From an uncultured Gammaproteobacteria bacterium (GTDB lineage Bacteria; Patescibacteriota; Patescibacteriia; 2-12-FULL-60-25), in contig CAZKEE010000001.1 of the NCBI GenBank assembly GCA_964551765.1, forward strand, positions 33,458 to 97,457: DNA of 64,000 bases, in the 5' to 3' direction. How positions within the stretch are numbered: the stretch's first letter is position 1; every line of letters starts with the position of its first letter. Both the position numbers and the translations under genes were made by a program. Shown piece by piece: positions 1 through 10,407 of this stretch. The notes beneath the pieces are model-generated. The model searched no databases and was not told the origin of the DNA. It worked only from the letters and a program-made list of their open reading frames with translations.

Positions 1-1
1 T

Positions 2-2008
2 CTGCGCTTTCAGACCCTTCTTGGGGCTACCGGCACGGGCAAGACCTTCACCGTCGCGAATGTCATACAGCAGGTGCAAAAGCCGACCCTGGTCATCGCG
101 CATAACAAGACCCTCGCCGCCCAGCTCTGTAATGAGTTCCGCGAGTTCTTCCCCGAGAATGCCGTGGAATACTTCGTGTCCTATTACGACTACTATCAGC
201 CGGAGGCGTATATCGCGAAGTCGGATACGTATATCGAGAAGGAAGCGATGATCAATGAGGAGATAGATCGGCTGCGGCACAGCGCGACCCAGGCGCTCCT
301 CACGCGCAAGGATGTCATCATCTGCGCATCCGTCTCGTGCATCTATGGTTTGGGCGCGCCAGAGGCCTATGCGCAGTCGGCTTTGCAATTGAAAGTAGGG
401 GACGATGTGCAGCGCCAAGACGTTCTCGGCAAATTGGTCGGCATGCAGTTCACGCGGCTCTCCGGCACGGACCTGGGACGCGGGTCTTTCCGCGCCATGG
501 GCGGCCTGCTCGAGGTCATGCCCGCGAACGAGGAGAACATCTATCGCATCGAAGCGCCGCGCGGCGTCATCGAGGCCATCTTGCTCATTGACCCCGTGAC
601 GCGGCGCATCAAAAAGGAATTGAAGGACATGTGGCTGTTCCCGGCCAAGCATTTCGTGACCCTCGGGCCGGAACGCGAGCGCGCGCTCGTGGAGATACGC
701 GAGGAATTGAAACAGCGCCTGGCGTATTTCGAACGCTCCGGCAAATTGCTCGAGGCGGAACGCATAGACCGCCGCACCAAGTTCGATCTCGAGATGATAG
801 AGAACCTCGGGTACTGCAATGGCATCGAGAACTATTCGCGGCATCTCTCCGGGCGCAAGGCCGGCGAACCGCCGGACACCTTGTTCTCCTATTTCCCCGA
901 GGACTTCTTGCTCGTCATCGATGAATCGCATGTGACCGTGCCGCAGCTCGGCGGCATGTACGAAGGCGACCGCTCGCGCAAAGAGACCCTCATCGACTAT
1001 GGCTTCCGTTTGCCGAGCGCCGCGGACAATCGCCCCCTCAAGTTCCATGAGCTCGAGCAAAAGATGCAGCATGTCATCATGGTGTCTGCCACGCCGAGCG
1101 ACTTCGAATACAAGAACTCGGGCCAGATCGTGGAGCAGATCATACGCCCCACCGGCCTCGTGGACCCCGAGGTGCTCGTCCTGCCCATCACGCCGGGCAA
1201 AAAGGGCGGCAAGTCCCAGGTGGATGATTGCATCGAGCGCATCGGCGAGGTCACCAAACGCGGCGATCGCGTGCTCGTGACCACGCTCACCAAAAAGATG
1301 GCCGAGGACCTCTCCGGGTTCTTGGCGGAGAAGGGGATAAAGACGCGGTACCTGCATTCCGACATCGAGACCATCGAACGCTTGGAGATCTTGAGCGATT
1401 TCCGCAAAGGCACCTATGAGGTCATCGTGGGCGTGAACCTGTTACGTGAAGGTTTGGACCTGCCCGAGGTCGCCCTCGTGTGCATCCTCGATGCGGACAA
1501 GGAAGGTTTTCTGCGTTCGGACACGTCCTTGATACAGACCATCGGCCGCGCGGCCCGCAATGTGCGCGGGCAGGTCGTGCTCTATGCCGACAAGATCACC
1601 GAATCCATGCGCCGCGCCATCGCCGAGACGGACCGCCGCCGCAGCAAGCAGGTCGCGTATAACAAGGAACATGGCATCACGCCCAAGACCATTTTGAAGG
1701 CCATCAAGGACTTCCGCGAGGTTCTTGGCCTCGGCGTGGGCTCGCAAAAGGACGTGAAAGCCCTGCTCAAGCTCGAGATGACGGCCGAGACGCATGATCT
1801 GAAGACGGTCGTGAAGGAAAAAGAGAAAGAGATGAAGGAAGCCGCGTTGAACCTGCAGTTCGAGCTTGCCGCCATCTTGCGCGACGAGATCTCCGTGCTC
1901 TCGAAAGAGATCAAACAGCGCGAGAAAGGCGTCACCATCGGCGAGGATGGCAAGACGGTCGTGGCCCCCAAGAAGCCTCGGCAGGTGAGGCATGGACGGG
2001 CGAGATAG
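2..2008 (+). CDS. uvrB: Excinuclease ABC subunit B (UvrB), 5' partial; reading frame is open to the window edge
   Basis: Frame from nt 2 translates LLGATGTGKTFT (Walker A) before the tool's first Met. Helicase motifs and the C-terminal UVR coiled-coil (ELAAILRDEISVL) are present. Confidence 0.9.
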   Translation: MRFQTLLGATGTGKTFTVANVIQQVQKPTLVIAHNKTLAAQLCNEFREFFPENAVEYFVSYYDYYQPEAYIAKSDTYIEKEAMINEEIDRLRHSATQALLTRKDVIICASVSCIYGLGAPEAYAQSALQLKVGDDVQRQDVLGKLVGMQFTRLSGTDLGRGSFRAMGGLLEVMPANEENIYRIEAPRGVIEAILLIDPVTRRIKKELKDMWLFPAKHFVTLGPERERALVEIREELKQRLAYFERSGKLLEAERIDRRTKFDLEMIENLGYCNGIENYSRHLSGRKAGEPPDTLFSYFPEDFLLVIDESHVTVPQLGGMYEGDRSRKETLIDYGFRLPSAADNRPLKFHELEQKMQHVIMVSATPSDFEYKNSGQIVEQIIRPTGLVDPEVLVLPITPGKKGGKSQVDDCIERIGEVTKRGDRVLVTTLTKKMAEDLSGFLAEKGIKTRYLHSDIETIERLEILSDFRKGTYEVIVGVNLLREGLDLPEVALVCILDADKEGFLRSDTSLIQTIGRAARNVRGQVVLYADKITESMRRAIAETDRRRSKQVAYNKEHGITPKTILKAIKDFREVLGLGVGSQKDVKALLKLEMTAETHDLKTVVKEKEKEMKEAALNLQFELAAILRDEISVLSKEIKQREKGVTIGEDGKTVVAPKKPRQVRHGRAR

Positions 2009-2010
2009 GT

Positions 2011-2610
2011 ATGCGACCAAACAGAAAACGCGCATTTGAAGGAGTAGTCATAATAGGTTCCTTACTCGCAGTAACTGTCGTTGGTGCTTACCACATTCTT
2101 AGTTTAGAACAATTATTAGGCTGTTTGACTGCAATAGGAGCTTTATGGGCTGCTTATGCGACCACGGGATCGATGAGGGAGGCCCAGAGACAATCCGCCT
2201 ATGAGAGGACACCTTTTCTGCGTTTACAATGGAACCGTGCGGAAAATGCGATCACTAACCTTGGCCAATATGTTCCGGTAGTTAGGAATACAGCCGGCTT
2301 AACCGATTTATCCAAAATAGAATTTTCTGACATAGAAATTCTTAATGAAGGCCGCGGCCTTGCTATAGATGTCTACTTTGCTCCAATTGATATACAACAA
2401 GCCGATGTATGGCTAAAAACGGTTTCCGTTATCCCCTCCAAAGGGAGGGTACAAGCAAAGTTTGAAGATACAGTTGATACTTCCGAAAAATTTTACTGTA
2501 GGCAGGAGCAAAATCATATATTTCGAATTCACGTTACATACTTTGATATTGAAAAAGACAAATACGAGGCAATTTTTGAATCGGATGATTCTGAATCAGA
2601 TGGATTTTGA
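2011..2610 (+). CDS. Hypothetical membrane-anchored protein on a low-GC (about 37%) island; orphan
   Basis: 199-aa ORF starts 3 nt after the uvrB stop. Two N-terminal TM helices then a soluble domain. AT-rich codon usage is unlike the flanking genes. Confidence 0.5.
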   Translation: MRPNRKRAFEGVVIIGSLLAVTVVGAYHILSLEQLLGCLTAIGALWAAYATTGSMREAQRQSAYERTPFLRLQWNRAENAITNLGQYVPVVRNTAGLTDLSKIEFSDIEILNEGRGLAIDVYFAPIDIQQADVWLKTVSVIPSKGRVQAKFEDTVDTSEKFYCRQEQNHIFRIHVTYFDIEKDKYEAIFESDDSESDGF

Positions 2611-2645
2611 TTAATTAGACAAAAAAAGCTAACATAACCCTCAGT

Positions 2646-3044
2646 ATGCCCAACCCCCGCCCCGTACACTTCGAGATACACGCCGCCGATCTGGAACGCT
2701 GCAAGAAGTTCTATGCCGACGCCTTCGGCTGGACCTATCAAAGCTGGAAAGGCGAAGGCTTCGAATACACCATCGTCATGACCGGCACCAAGGAGGAGCT
2801 CGGCATCAATGGCGGCATGGTCAAACGCATGGGCCCGCCGCCGGCCGAGGATGCGCCCGTCATGGGCTATGTGAACGTCATCGGCGTGGACAATATCGAC
2901 ACCTACATCGCCAAGGTGGAGGCGGCAGGCGGCAAGGTCGCGCTTCCCAAGTTCCATACCGATAAGGTCGGTACCATGGCCTACTATAAGGACACCGAGG
3001 GCAATATCTTCGGCATGATACAGCCCGAGATGGCCCCGATGTAG
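2646..3044 (+). CDS. VOC/glyoxalase-bleomycin resistance family protein
   Basis: 132 aa. HFEIHAADLERCKKFYADAFGW is typical of the VOC fold N-terminus. Host-like GC. Confidence 0.75.
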   Translation: MPNPRPVHFEIHAADLERCKKFYADAFGWTYQSWKGEGFEYTIVMTGTKEELGINGGMVKRMGPPPAEDAPVMGYVNVIGVDNIDTYIAKVEAAGGKVALPKFHTDKVGTMAYYKDTEGNIFGMIQPEMAPM

Positions 3045-3137
3045 GCTTGACTTTCGCCTGAAAACCCCTAAGATACGCCTCCGCTCCGTGCTCTGCGGGG
3101 CGGTTTCGTACTCTACAACCCACAAGGACGGTATCTC

Positions 3138-4757
3138 GTGTCCAAATGCGCATTGCTCTCGGTCTATGACAAGACCGGCATCGTCGAGTTCGCACGCGAG
3201 CTCATCATGCTCGGCTATGACATCCTGTCTTCCGGCGGCACCGCCAAGACCTTGCGCGAGCATGGTGTGACGGTCACCGACGTCGCCGAGATCTCGGGCC
3301 TCAAGCCCATACTCGACCATCGCGTGGTCACCTTGACCCCGCAGGTGCATGGCGGTCTCCTCGCCAAGACGGAAGACCCGAAGCACCTCGCCGAGCTCGA
3401 AAGCATCGGCGGACGCATCATCGACCTGGTCTGCGTGGACCTCTATCCGCTCGAAGCGGAGATCGCCCGCGCAGGCGCGACGCGTGAGAGCGTCATCGAG
3501 AAGACCGACATCGGCGGCCCGACCATGTTGTCGTCCGCCGCCAAAGGTCGACGCATCGTGGTCAGCGATGCCGCAGACCGCAACAGCGTCCTCGGATGGC
3601 TCAAGGAAGGCCAACCGGACCGTGAGGAATACCTCACCCTCCTCGCCGCGAAGGCCGATGCCGTCGTGGCCCGCTATCGCCTGGCATCGGCGCGCTACCA
3701 AAGCTCCGGTGCCGTCAACGGCATGGTCGGCACGCGCATCCAGTCCTGCAAATACGGCGAGAACGCCTCGCAGACGCCCGCCGGGCTCTTCAGCACGTGG
3801 ACGGAGGACCCGCTCGGGCTCGACAAGTTCACGCTCGTGGCCGGCACCTCGCCCAGCTACAACAACCTGTGCGACCTCGACCGCCTGCTCCTGACCATGA
3901 CGCGTTTGGCGGCGTTCGCCGAAGACGTCAACGGGACGGTCCGCGTCACCCCGGACATGGCCATCGGCGTGAAGCACGGCAATCCGTGCGGTGCGGCGCT
4001 CGGCGATTGGGAACGAGGACGCCAGGAGGTCCTCGAGGAGATGCTCGAAGGTGAGCAGCGTGCCATCTTCGGCGGACTGGTCATGACGAACTTCGCCATC
4101 GACGAGGAGCTGGCAGACATCCTGCTCACGCATGGCATGAAGAAAGGACGCCGGTTGCTCGACGGCATCATCGCGCCGGACTTCACGCAAGGCGCCGTGT
4201 CGCAACTCGCGCGCAAGGGCGACAAATGCCGCTTCCTCAAGAACCCGGCGCTTGCAAAGCTCAACGCAAGCTCCATCGATACCGCGACGCGCTTCCGTTA
4301 TGTGCGTGGAGGATTCCTGGTCCAGCCCAACTACACCTTCAGGCTGGGCACCTTGCTCAACATGTCCGGTCTGGGTGAAGCCCCGGCCGACATAAGGTCC
4401 GACCTCGGTCTTGCCTGGGCCGTGGGCTCCACCTCGAACAGCAACACCATCACCTTGGTGAAAAACGGCAAGCTCATCGGCAATGGCGTCGGCCAGCAAG
4501 ACCGCGTCTCCTGTTGCCAGCTTGCGCTCAAGCGCGCGGAGGATGCGGGGCACGACGTCAAAGGCGCCGTCGCCTACTCGGACAGCTTCTTCCCGTTCCC
4601 GGACGGCGCGGAAGTGCTCTGCAAGGCCGGCATCAAGGCCGTGTTCACGACGACGGGCTCGGTCAATGACGCCAAGGTCTTGTCGACCTTCATGTCCTAT
4701 GGCGTCGAGGTCTATAGCCTGCCCGACACCGTGGCCCGCGGTTTCTTCGGCCACTGA
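3138..4757 (+). CDS. purH: Bifunctional AICAR formyltransferase / IMP cyclohydrolase
   Basis: 539 aa. MGS-like N-terminus (ALLSVYDKTGIVEFA, GYDILSSGGTAKTL) and AICARFT domain. Confidence 0.9.
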   Translation: MSKCALLSVYDKTGIVEFARELIMLGYDILSSGGTAKTLREHGVTVTDVAEISGLKPILDHRVVTLTPQVHGGLLAKTEDPKHLAELESIGGRIIDLVCVDLYPLEAEIARAGATRESVIEKTDIGGPTMLSSAAKGRRIVVSDAADRNSVLGWLKEGQPDREEYLTLLAAKADAVVARYRLASARYQSSGAVNGMVGTRIQSCKYGENASQTPAGLFSTWTEDPLGLDKFTLVAGTSPSYNNLCDLDRLLLTMTRLAAFAEDVNGTVRVTPDMAIGVKHGNPCGAALGDWERGRQEVLEEMLEGEQRAIFGGLVMTNFAIDEELADILLTHGMKKGRRLLDGIIAPDFTQGAVSQLARKGDKCRFLKNPALAKLNASSIDTATRFRYVRGGFLVQPNYTFRLGTLLNMSGLGEAPADIRSDLGLAWAVGSTSNSNTITLVKNGKLIGNGVGQQDRVSCCQLALKRAEDAGHDVKGAVAYSDSFFPFPDGAEVLCKAGIKAVFTTTGSVNDAKVLSTFMSYGVEVYSLPDTVARGFFGH

Positions 4758-4764
4758 TCTAAAC

Positions 4765-4791
4765 CTCGTACCCCTCGGTACGAGTTTTCTT
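4765..4791 (+). terminator. Rho-independent terminator after purH
   Basis: Stem ctcgtacc / ggtacgag with loop cctc, followed by ttttctt. Confidence 0.6.
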
Positions 4792-4804
4792 AATTGGACA
4801 TCCA

Positions 4805-6652
4805 ATGTCTTTTTTTGCCTGCACCAATACGTATCAGAACATGATATACTTTTTATACTGCATGAAAAAAGCATTTTTATTAGACTGCCTACATCATATC
4901 TTTTTCATTGCCGCTTTCGTATTGCCGGTCTTGGCATTCGTAATATACGTTCCAGGTTATGCCGTCATTGCTGCTTGTAGCTTAGAAAACATCCCATTCA
5001 TCAACACGCAGATCAGTGAATTTGCGAATTTTGATACAAAAGCAGCAAATGCCTTAGACGGTATAGAGAACCTTATAGATAATGGCGTCGTCTCGGAAAA
5101 TGGGCCCGTGCTCTCTTACAAAACCGCACTTCAACAATGGGGTGCGCAAAGTAAAGATTACATAGATGCTTTACAAAGGTATAAAGTCGCACTCGATGCA
5201 AACGCCAGCGCTAGTAGCTATGATGAACATGTTATGACCTGCTCAGTCGCAGTGTCTGAGAATCAAAGGCTGCAAAACGTAGGTGTCCAGCTCAAAAGTT
5301 CTGAAAATATCATCAATCAACTTCAAGCCGATGCGCTGAAATGGCACGGAAATACGAACGACCCACTTGCAGCATCGCAATTTTATCTCAGACCTATCGA
5401 TAAAGTAGATACCATACCCTCGGATCATAAAGTTATCGTAGCCGTCATTGACGAAGGCGTGAACATCTACCAAGAAGACCTGGTCGGACATATATGGACC
5501 AACTCGAATGAGGTGGACGGGAACGGCATCGACGATGATGGAAACGGCTTTATCGATGACGTCCACGGATATAATTTCGTGAAGGGCAGCGGTGAGCTCA
5601 CGCCATATGGTAGTCATGGCACACATGTAGCCGGTCTTATAGCAGCTTCACAAAATAACGGTAAAGGAATAGAAGGTATAGCTCGAAATGCCCTTATCAT
5701 GCCCCTTATCGTTGGTGACGATAAGACGATTCCTATGGCTAACGTGGTTTCGGCGATAAAATACGCGGTAAATAATGGTGCAGATATTATCAATCTGTCA
5801 CTTGGCCTACGTGGTACCCAGTCTTATTCGACAGACTACGATGATGCGATCGGGTATGCCTTTGAACGCGGGGTCCTGGTTGTTGCTTCGGCCGGAAACG
5901 GTGACATATTGAACGGCAGCGGAGAGGACACGGGTGTCTATAAAACATCACCTGTTTGCAATGACAACGCCGAAAACATGGTTCTGGGCGTTGGGGCGAT
6001 AAATATTTTTGCGCAAAAAGCTCCTTGGTCGAACTTTGGCCCATGTGTTGATCTTTATGCCCCTGGAGAATCCATTCTCTCAACTGCCGTCTCAGCCTTT
6101 GATGGGTCCGAGTACGCAATTGATAGTGGAACATCGTTCTCAGCTCCAATCGTAACTGGTGTCGCTGCTGAGTTGAAGGCCATCTATTCCGACTTGAACC
6201 CCAAGGAGATTGTCTATCATCTAAAAAATACTGCCAGGATTATCAAAGGCATCCGCGTCATCGATATGCGCGCCGCCTTAGGCGCAACGCCTAAACGTGT
6301 AGCAATGGACTTACTTCCTCGTGTAGTCCCGCAAGCAATCGATTGTCCGCCAAATTCAATCCCTTTAAATGGTACCTGTGTCTGTTTGGTCGGTTATGAG
6401 AAAGACGCCTTTACGCTTACCTGCAATTCTCCGACGAACCAGCCGGCTACGCCCATACAAACTCCAGTCGCCCTCGCGATGCCCCCTGCTCAGCCAAAGA
6501 AGGAAAGCAACTGCCCCCTCGTGGGGGACACGAAGACGAAAAGGTACTACGCAAAAAACGACAAACGTGTGCCGAAAATTGTAGCTAAGAACCGAATTTG
6601 TTTCTCGGACGATAAGCAGGCGAAAACAAAGGGATACAAAAAAATAAAGTAA
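4805..6652 (+). CDS. Subtilisin-like serine peptidase (S8 family), secreted or membrane-anchored; low-GC island
   Basis: Asp/His/Ser triad motifs VAVIDEGV, HGTHVAGLIAA and GTSFSAPIVTG. N-terminal hydrophobic segment. GC far below genome average. Start codon uncertain (alternative Met near 4861). Confidence 0.85.
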   Translation: MSFFACTNTYQNMIYFLYCMKKAFLLDCLHHIFFIAAFVLPVLAFVIYVPGYAVIAACSLENIPFINTQISEFANFDTKAANALDGIENLIDNGVVSENGPVLSYKTALQQWGAQSKDYIDALQRYKVALDANASASSYDEHVMTCSVAVSENQRLQNVGVQLKSSENIINQLQADALKWHGNTNDPLAASQFYLRPIDKVDTIPSDHKVIVAVIDEGVNIYQEDLVGHIWTNSNEVDGNGIDDDGNGFIDDVHGYNFVKGSGELTPYGSHGTHVAGLIAASQNNGKGIEGIARNALIMPLIVGDDKTIPMANVVSAIKYAVNNGADIINLSLGLRGTQSYSTDYDDAIGYAFERGVLVVASAGNGDILNGSGEDTGVYKTSPVCNDNAENMVLGVGAINIFAQKAPWSNFGPCVDLYAPGESILSTAVSAFDGSEYAIDSGTSFSAPIVTGVAAELKAIYSDLNPKEIVYHLKNTARIIKGIRVIDMRAALGATPKRVAMDLLPRVVPQAIDCPPNSIPLNGTCVCLVGYEKDAFTLTCNSPTNQPATPIQTPVALAMPPAQPKKESNCPLVGDTKTKRYYAKNDKRVPKIVAKNRICFSDDKQAKTKGYKKIK

Positions 6653-6670
6653 AAAATCCCCTGGGGGGGA

Positions 6671-7198
6671 TTACGATGCGGGCGGCCGCCTGATAATCGA
6701 CCGCACAACCGCGCCATGTTCGAGGCAGAGCACGGTGGGGACCTGGCCGGTCGCGACATCGAAATGGAAATGCGAGAAGATGCCCATGCGGATGCCATCG
6801 ACCTGATCGTCGCGATAGCGGCGCTTGAGCCCGGCCCAGAGGTCCGCGTACGTGCTTTCGAGCATCTCCGCGTCGAAGTACAGGCGTTGATACGCGGTGC
6901 CGGGCCTATCGCGCAGGGGGCCGAAGATGTCCGGGACCTGGCGCGCCGGCACGTCGAACGTGAGCGGGATGGCGTCGAAGCGCAACACGTGCACGGTGAT
7001 GATGCCTGGCCCGCGCGTGTCGTCGCGGAAGCCTTGACGCAACACGGTCTGCACGAGATCGGCCTTGAGCAGGCGTCGCGTGCCCTCGGAAAGCAGGCTT
7101 GCCAGGATGTCTTCGCCCGGGGCGGAGCCCAGGAGGAAGACGCGATTGTTCATCTGCCAAAATTGGCGAAGGAGCGGATGTGCGAAATGAGCGTCCAT
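6671..7198 (-). CDS. Hypothetical protein, weakly metallophosphoesterase-like (YfcE/MJ0936-like motifs DxH ... SHFH)
   Basis: 175-aa ORF fills the gap between the subtilisin gene and dnaG. The plus-strand alternative is the junk N-terminal extension of the dnaG ORF. Motif match is weak. Confidence 0.4.
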   Translation of the reverse strand: MDAHFAHPLLRQFWQMNNRVFLLGSAPGEDILASLLSEGTRRLLKADLVQTVLRQGFRDDTRGPGIITVHVLRFDAIPLTFDVPARQVPDIFGPLRDRPGTAYQRLYFDAEMLESTYADLWAGLKRRYRDDQVDGIRMGIFSHFHFDVATGQVPTVLCLEHGAVVRSIIRRPPAS

Positions 7199-7255
7199 GT
7201 GCGCCTCCGCGCATACCGTAACCCGCTTTACGAGCCTAAGTCCCGTCGCTTGTCA

Positions 7256-8977
7256 ATGCAGGCCTCCCAACGTAACAATAGGTCCATGGACGCCGCACAG
7301 GAGGTCAAATCCAAGCTCGATGTCGCGGACATCGTCGGCGAATACCTGCAGCTCAAACCCGCAGGAAGCGGCTCTTTCAAGGCGAATTGCCCCTTCCATC
7401 AGGAAAAGACCCCGTCTTTCTACGTGAACCGGCCCCGGCAAAGCTGGCATTGCTTCGGCTGCAATACCGGCGGGGACATCATTTCCTTCGTGCAGCAGAT
7501 GGAAGGCATGGATTTTCCCGAGGCTCTCGCCTTGCTCGCGCAAAAGGCCGGCGTCATCTTGCCCGCCTTCGATGCCAAGACCTCGTCGCTCAAAAAACGC
7601 TTGCACGAGATCAATGGCCTTGCCGCGAAATATTTCCAAGCGACCTTGCATACGGCGCCCGAGGCGGAAGACGCGCGCGCCTACGTGAAGCGCCGCGGCT
7701 TGGACGATCTGACGGCCGACGTGTGGCGCATCGGCTATGCGCCCGAAGGCTGGAACCATCTCACGGACGCGCTCAAACAAAAGATGGTGACGGAGGACGA
7801 GCTCATCCAAGCAGGCCTCGCGATAAAAGGGGACAGGGGCGCCTATGACCGCTTCCGCGGACGCGTCATGTTCCCCATCTGTGATGCGCATGGGAACGTG
7901 GTCGGCTTCACGGGGCGCATCTTGAAGGATGACAAGGAGCAAGCGAAATACGTGAACACGCCCGAGACCATGGCCTATAAAAAGAGCCATGTCCTGTTCG
8001 GCCTCGACAAGGCCAAGGGCGAGATCAAGCGACAAGACCTTGCGGTCATCGTCGAGGGCAACATGGACGTCATCTCGTCGCATCAGTTCGGCATCGAGAA
8101 CGTGGTCTGTTCTTCCGGCACCGCGCTGACGGAAGAGCAATTGCATTTGCTCAAACGCTTCACGATCACGCTCGCCATCGCCTTCGACGCGGACGCGGCA
8201 GGCAATGCGGCGACCGTGCGTGGCCTCGACCTCGCCCGCAAGATGGACTTCGACATCAAGATCATCACCTTGCCGCCTGACGCGGGGAAAGATCCGGACG
8301 ATGCCGTACGTAAGGATCCCGAGATCTGGAAGCAGGCCATCAAAGACGCGCTTCCCGTGGTCGAATGGCTGTATCGCAATGCCTTTCGCGGCGAGGACGT
8401 GTCAAAACCCGAAGGCAAGAAGGCCGTGGCGAAAAAGCTCTTGCCCGAGCTTGCCCGCATCTCCGATGCCGTAGAACGCGATGCCTGGCTGAACCGCCTC
8501 GCAAAAGACCTGGGCGTCTCCATAGACGCCTTGCGCGAGGCCTTGAGACCCACGTCCTCCTCGTTCCGCGACACCTTGAGACGACCCGACCCGCGTCCCG
8601 TCATGCCCGCGGCGCCGACCAAGGACCGCACGCAGGAGATGCTCGAACGCGTCTGGGCCATCCTCTACCTCAAGCCCGAGCTCGCACCCCTTGCCGAAGG
8701 CCTTTTTTCGGCGTATGCTCCCGTACAGTCCCCGCCGGACGACCTTTTGAACTATATCGCGGTCCTTGCCGACCGCGAGTTCCAGGACCAATCGCTCGAT
8801 GCCTTACGGCGGGAGCTCGAGCAGGCCCTGCATCTCCTGCGCGCCCATCTGGACGCCAAGGAAATGGCCCAACTGGAACAAGACATGCGTGATGCCGAGC
8901 GCGTCGGCGATGAGCCGCGCATACAAGAGCTCGCCGCACGCTTCGCAGAACTCTCGGACCGTTCGCGGTCCGGTTAA
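7256..8977 (+). CDS. dnaG: DNA primase
   Basis: Zinc-ribbon CPFHQEKTPSF...HCFGC, TOPRIM domain (EGNMDVIS) and C-terminal helical domain. The tool ORF from 6716 is an upstream extension; start is probably Met 7256 or 7286. Confidence 0.85.
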   Translation: MQASQRNNRSMDAAQEVKSKLDVADIVGEYLQLKPAGSGSFKANCPFHQEKTPSFYVNRPRQSWHCFGCNTGGDIISFVQQMEGMDFPEALALLAQKAGVILPAFDAKTSSLKKRLHEINGLAAKYFQATLHTAPEAEDARAYVKRRGLDDLTADVWRIGYAPEGWNHLTDALKQKMVTEDELIQAGLAIKGDRGAYDRFRGRVMFPICDAHGNVVGFTGRILKDDKEQAKYVNTPETMAYKKSHVLFGLDKAKGEIKRQDLAVIVEGNMDVISSHQFGIENVVCSSGTALTEEQLHLLKRFTITLAIAFDADAAGNAATVRGLDLARKMDFDIKIITLPPDAGKDPDDAVRKDPEIWKQAIKDALPVVEWLYRNAFRGEDVSKPEGKKAVAKKLLPELARISDAVERDAWLNRLAKDLGVSIDALREALRPTSSSFRDTLRRPDPRPVMPAAPTKDRTQEMLERVWAILYLKPELAPLAEGLFSAYAPVQSPPDDLLNYIAVLADREFQDQSLDALRRELEQALHLLRAHLDAKEMAQLEQDMRDAERVGDEPRIQELAARFAELSDRSRSG

Positions 8978-9040
8978 TGCCTCCCATACGGTGGCCCCGC
9001 TTCGATCGGGACCCCTGCCGGACGGGAGCGCGACATTTTT

Positions 9041-10318
9041 ATGCCTACCCCTAAAAAGGCCAAGATCGTCAAAAAGACCACCTCCCGCACCATGCCAAAA
9101 CCCAAGCAGGCCCCCAAGAAGTTCCAGGCGAACAAGGGCAAAAAGCCGCAACCGCAGAAAAAGCAAGGGAAAGCGCAAGGCAAAGGTCCGGTAAAACCCG
9201 TCAAACAAGGTCCATACGTCAAAACCCCGGCCCCCTCGGCCGAGATGTTGGATAAGCTGTTCGAGAAGGCCCGCACGCGCGGCTTCATGACCGAGAACGA
9301 GGTCTTGTACGCGTTTGGCGAGGTGGAGGACTATATCCCGACCTATGAGGCCTTCGTGGACCGCTTGGACGCCGCCGGCATCGGCATCGTAGAGATGAAG
9401 GAAGGTCTCTTGGGCCGCCAAAAGGAACGCGCCGAGGCCATGGAGGCCTTGCACAGCGCCGATGACAAGCGCGGCAAGGTGGACCCCTTCGACCTCACGG
9501 CTGATTCCATACAGATGTACTTGCGCGAGATCGGCAAGATCCCGCTCTTGACGGCGGAAGAGGAGATCGCGCTCGCCAAACGCAAGGAGAAAGGGGACAA
9601 GGAGGCGGACAAAAAGCTCATCGAGGCGAACTTGCGCCTCGTCGTGTCCATCGCCAAGAAGTTCATGGGCAAGTCGCTCTCGCTCTTGGACCTCATCCAA
9701 GAGGGGAATATCGGCCTGTTCCGCGCCGTGAAGAAGTTCGAGTACCGCAAGGGCTATAAGTTCTCGACCTATGCCACCTGGTGGATACGCCAGGCCATCA
9801 CGCGCGCGCTCGCCGACCAAAGCCGCACCATCCGCATCCCGGTGCACATGGTCGAGACCATCAACAAGTTCCAACAGATCGAACGCCAGCTCATCCAAGA
9901 CCTTGGCCGCGAACCGTTGCCCGAGGAGATCGCCGCCGAGATGGGCGAAGAGGTGGAGAAGGTCCGCCACATCATCAAGATCTCGCAAGACACCGTGTCG
10001 CTCGAGACCAGCGTGGGCGAGGATGACGAGGACTCGACGCTCGAGGACTTCATCGAGGACGTCAAGAACGTCACGCCGGACCGCGCCGCCGCGCTCCAGC
10101 TCCTCAAGGACTATGTCGGCGACATCATCAAGGACCTCTCGCCCCGCGAGCAAAAGATCCTCGAGATGCGCTTCGGCCTCACCGACGGCGTGAGCCACAC
10201 GCTCGAAGAGGTGGGCAAGGAGTTCGACGTCACGCGCGAGCGCATCCGACAGATCGAGGCCAAATCCATCGAACGCATACAGCAACACCCGCTCATCAAG
10301 AAATTGGTGGACTACTAG
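9041..10318 (+). CDS. rpoD: RNA polymerase primary sigma factor (sigma-70), Lys-rich N-terminal extension
   Basis: Regions 2-4 conserved ([33 protein letters not shown], ...). Canonical dnaG-rpoD arrangement. Confidence 0.9.
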   Translation: MPTPKKAKIVKKTTSRTMPKPKQAPKKFQANKGKKPQPQKKQGKAQGKGPVKPVKQGPYVKTPAPSAEMLDKLFEKARTRGFMTENEVLYAFGEVEDYIPTYEAFVDRLDAAGIGIVEMKEGLLGRQKERAEAMEALHSADDKRGKVDPFDLTADSIQMYLREIGKIPLLTAEEEIALAKRKEKGDKEADKKLIEANLRLVVSIAKKFMGKSLSLLDLIQEGNIGLFRAVKKFEYRKGYKFSTYATWWIRQAITRALADQSRTIRIPVHMVETINKFQQIERQLIQDLGREPLPEEIAAEMGEEVEKVRHIIKISQDTVSLETSVGEDDEDSTLEDFIEDVKNVTPDRAAALQLLKDYVGDIIKDLSPREQKILEMRFGLTDGVSHTLEEVGKEFDVTRERIRQIEAKSIERIQQHPLIKKLVDY

Positions 10319-10346
10319 ACGCGTTTTGCCTTGACGCATGCCGACG

Positions 10347-10378
10347 AAAGAGCTATCCCTAGGGATAGCTCTTTCTTG
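10347..10378 (+). terminator. Rho-independent terminator after rpoD
   Basis: Perfect palindrome agagctatccctagggatagctct followed by a T-rich tract. Confidence 0.65.
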
Positions 10379-10407
10379 GTCTTGCCTGGAACCGGAACCA
10401 ATGGAGG

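Noticed and set aside
2529-4874. 781-aa minus-strand ORF antisense to purH
   Set aside because: Shadow ORF typical of high-GC DNA: Arg/Ala/Gly-rich low-complexity translation with no motifs, while the sense strand encodes a clearly recognisable purH.
6716-7255. N-terminal 180-aa extension of the dnaG ORF
   Set aside because: DnaG zinc-ribbon begins near Met 7256/7286. The extension is low complexity, and the opposite strand carries a more protein-like ORF.
8804-10339. 511-aa minus-strand ORF antisense to rpoD
   Set aside because: Same GC-driven artefact; rpoD on the plus strand is unambiguous.
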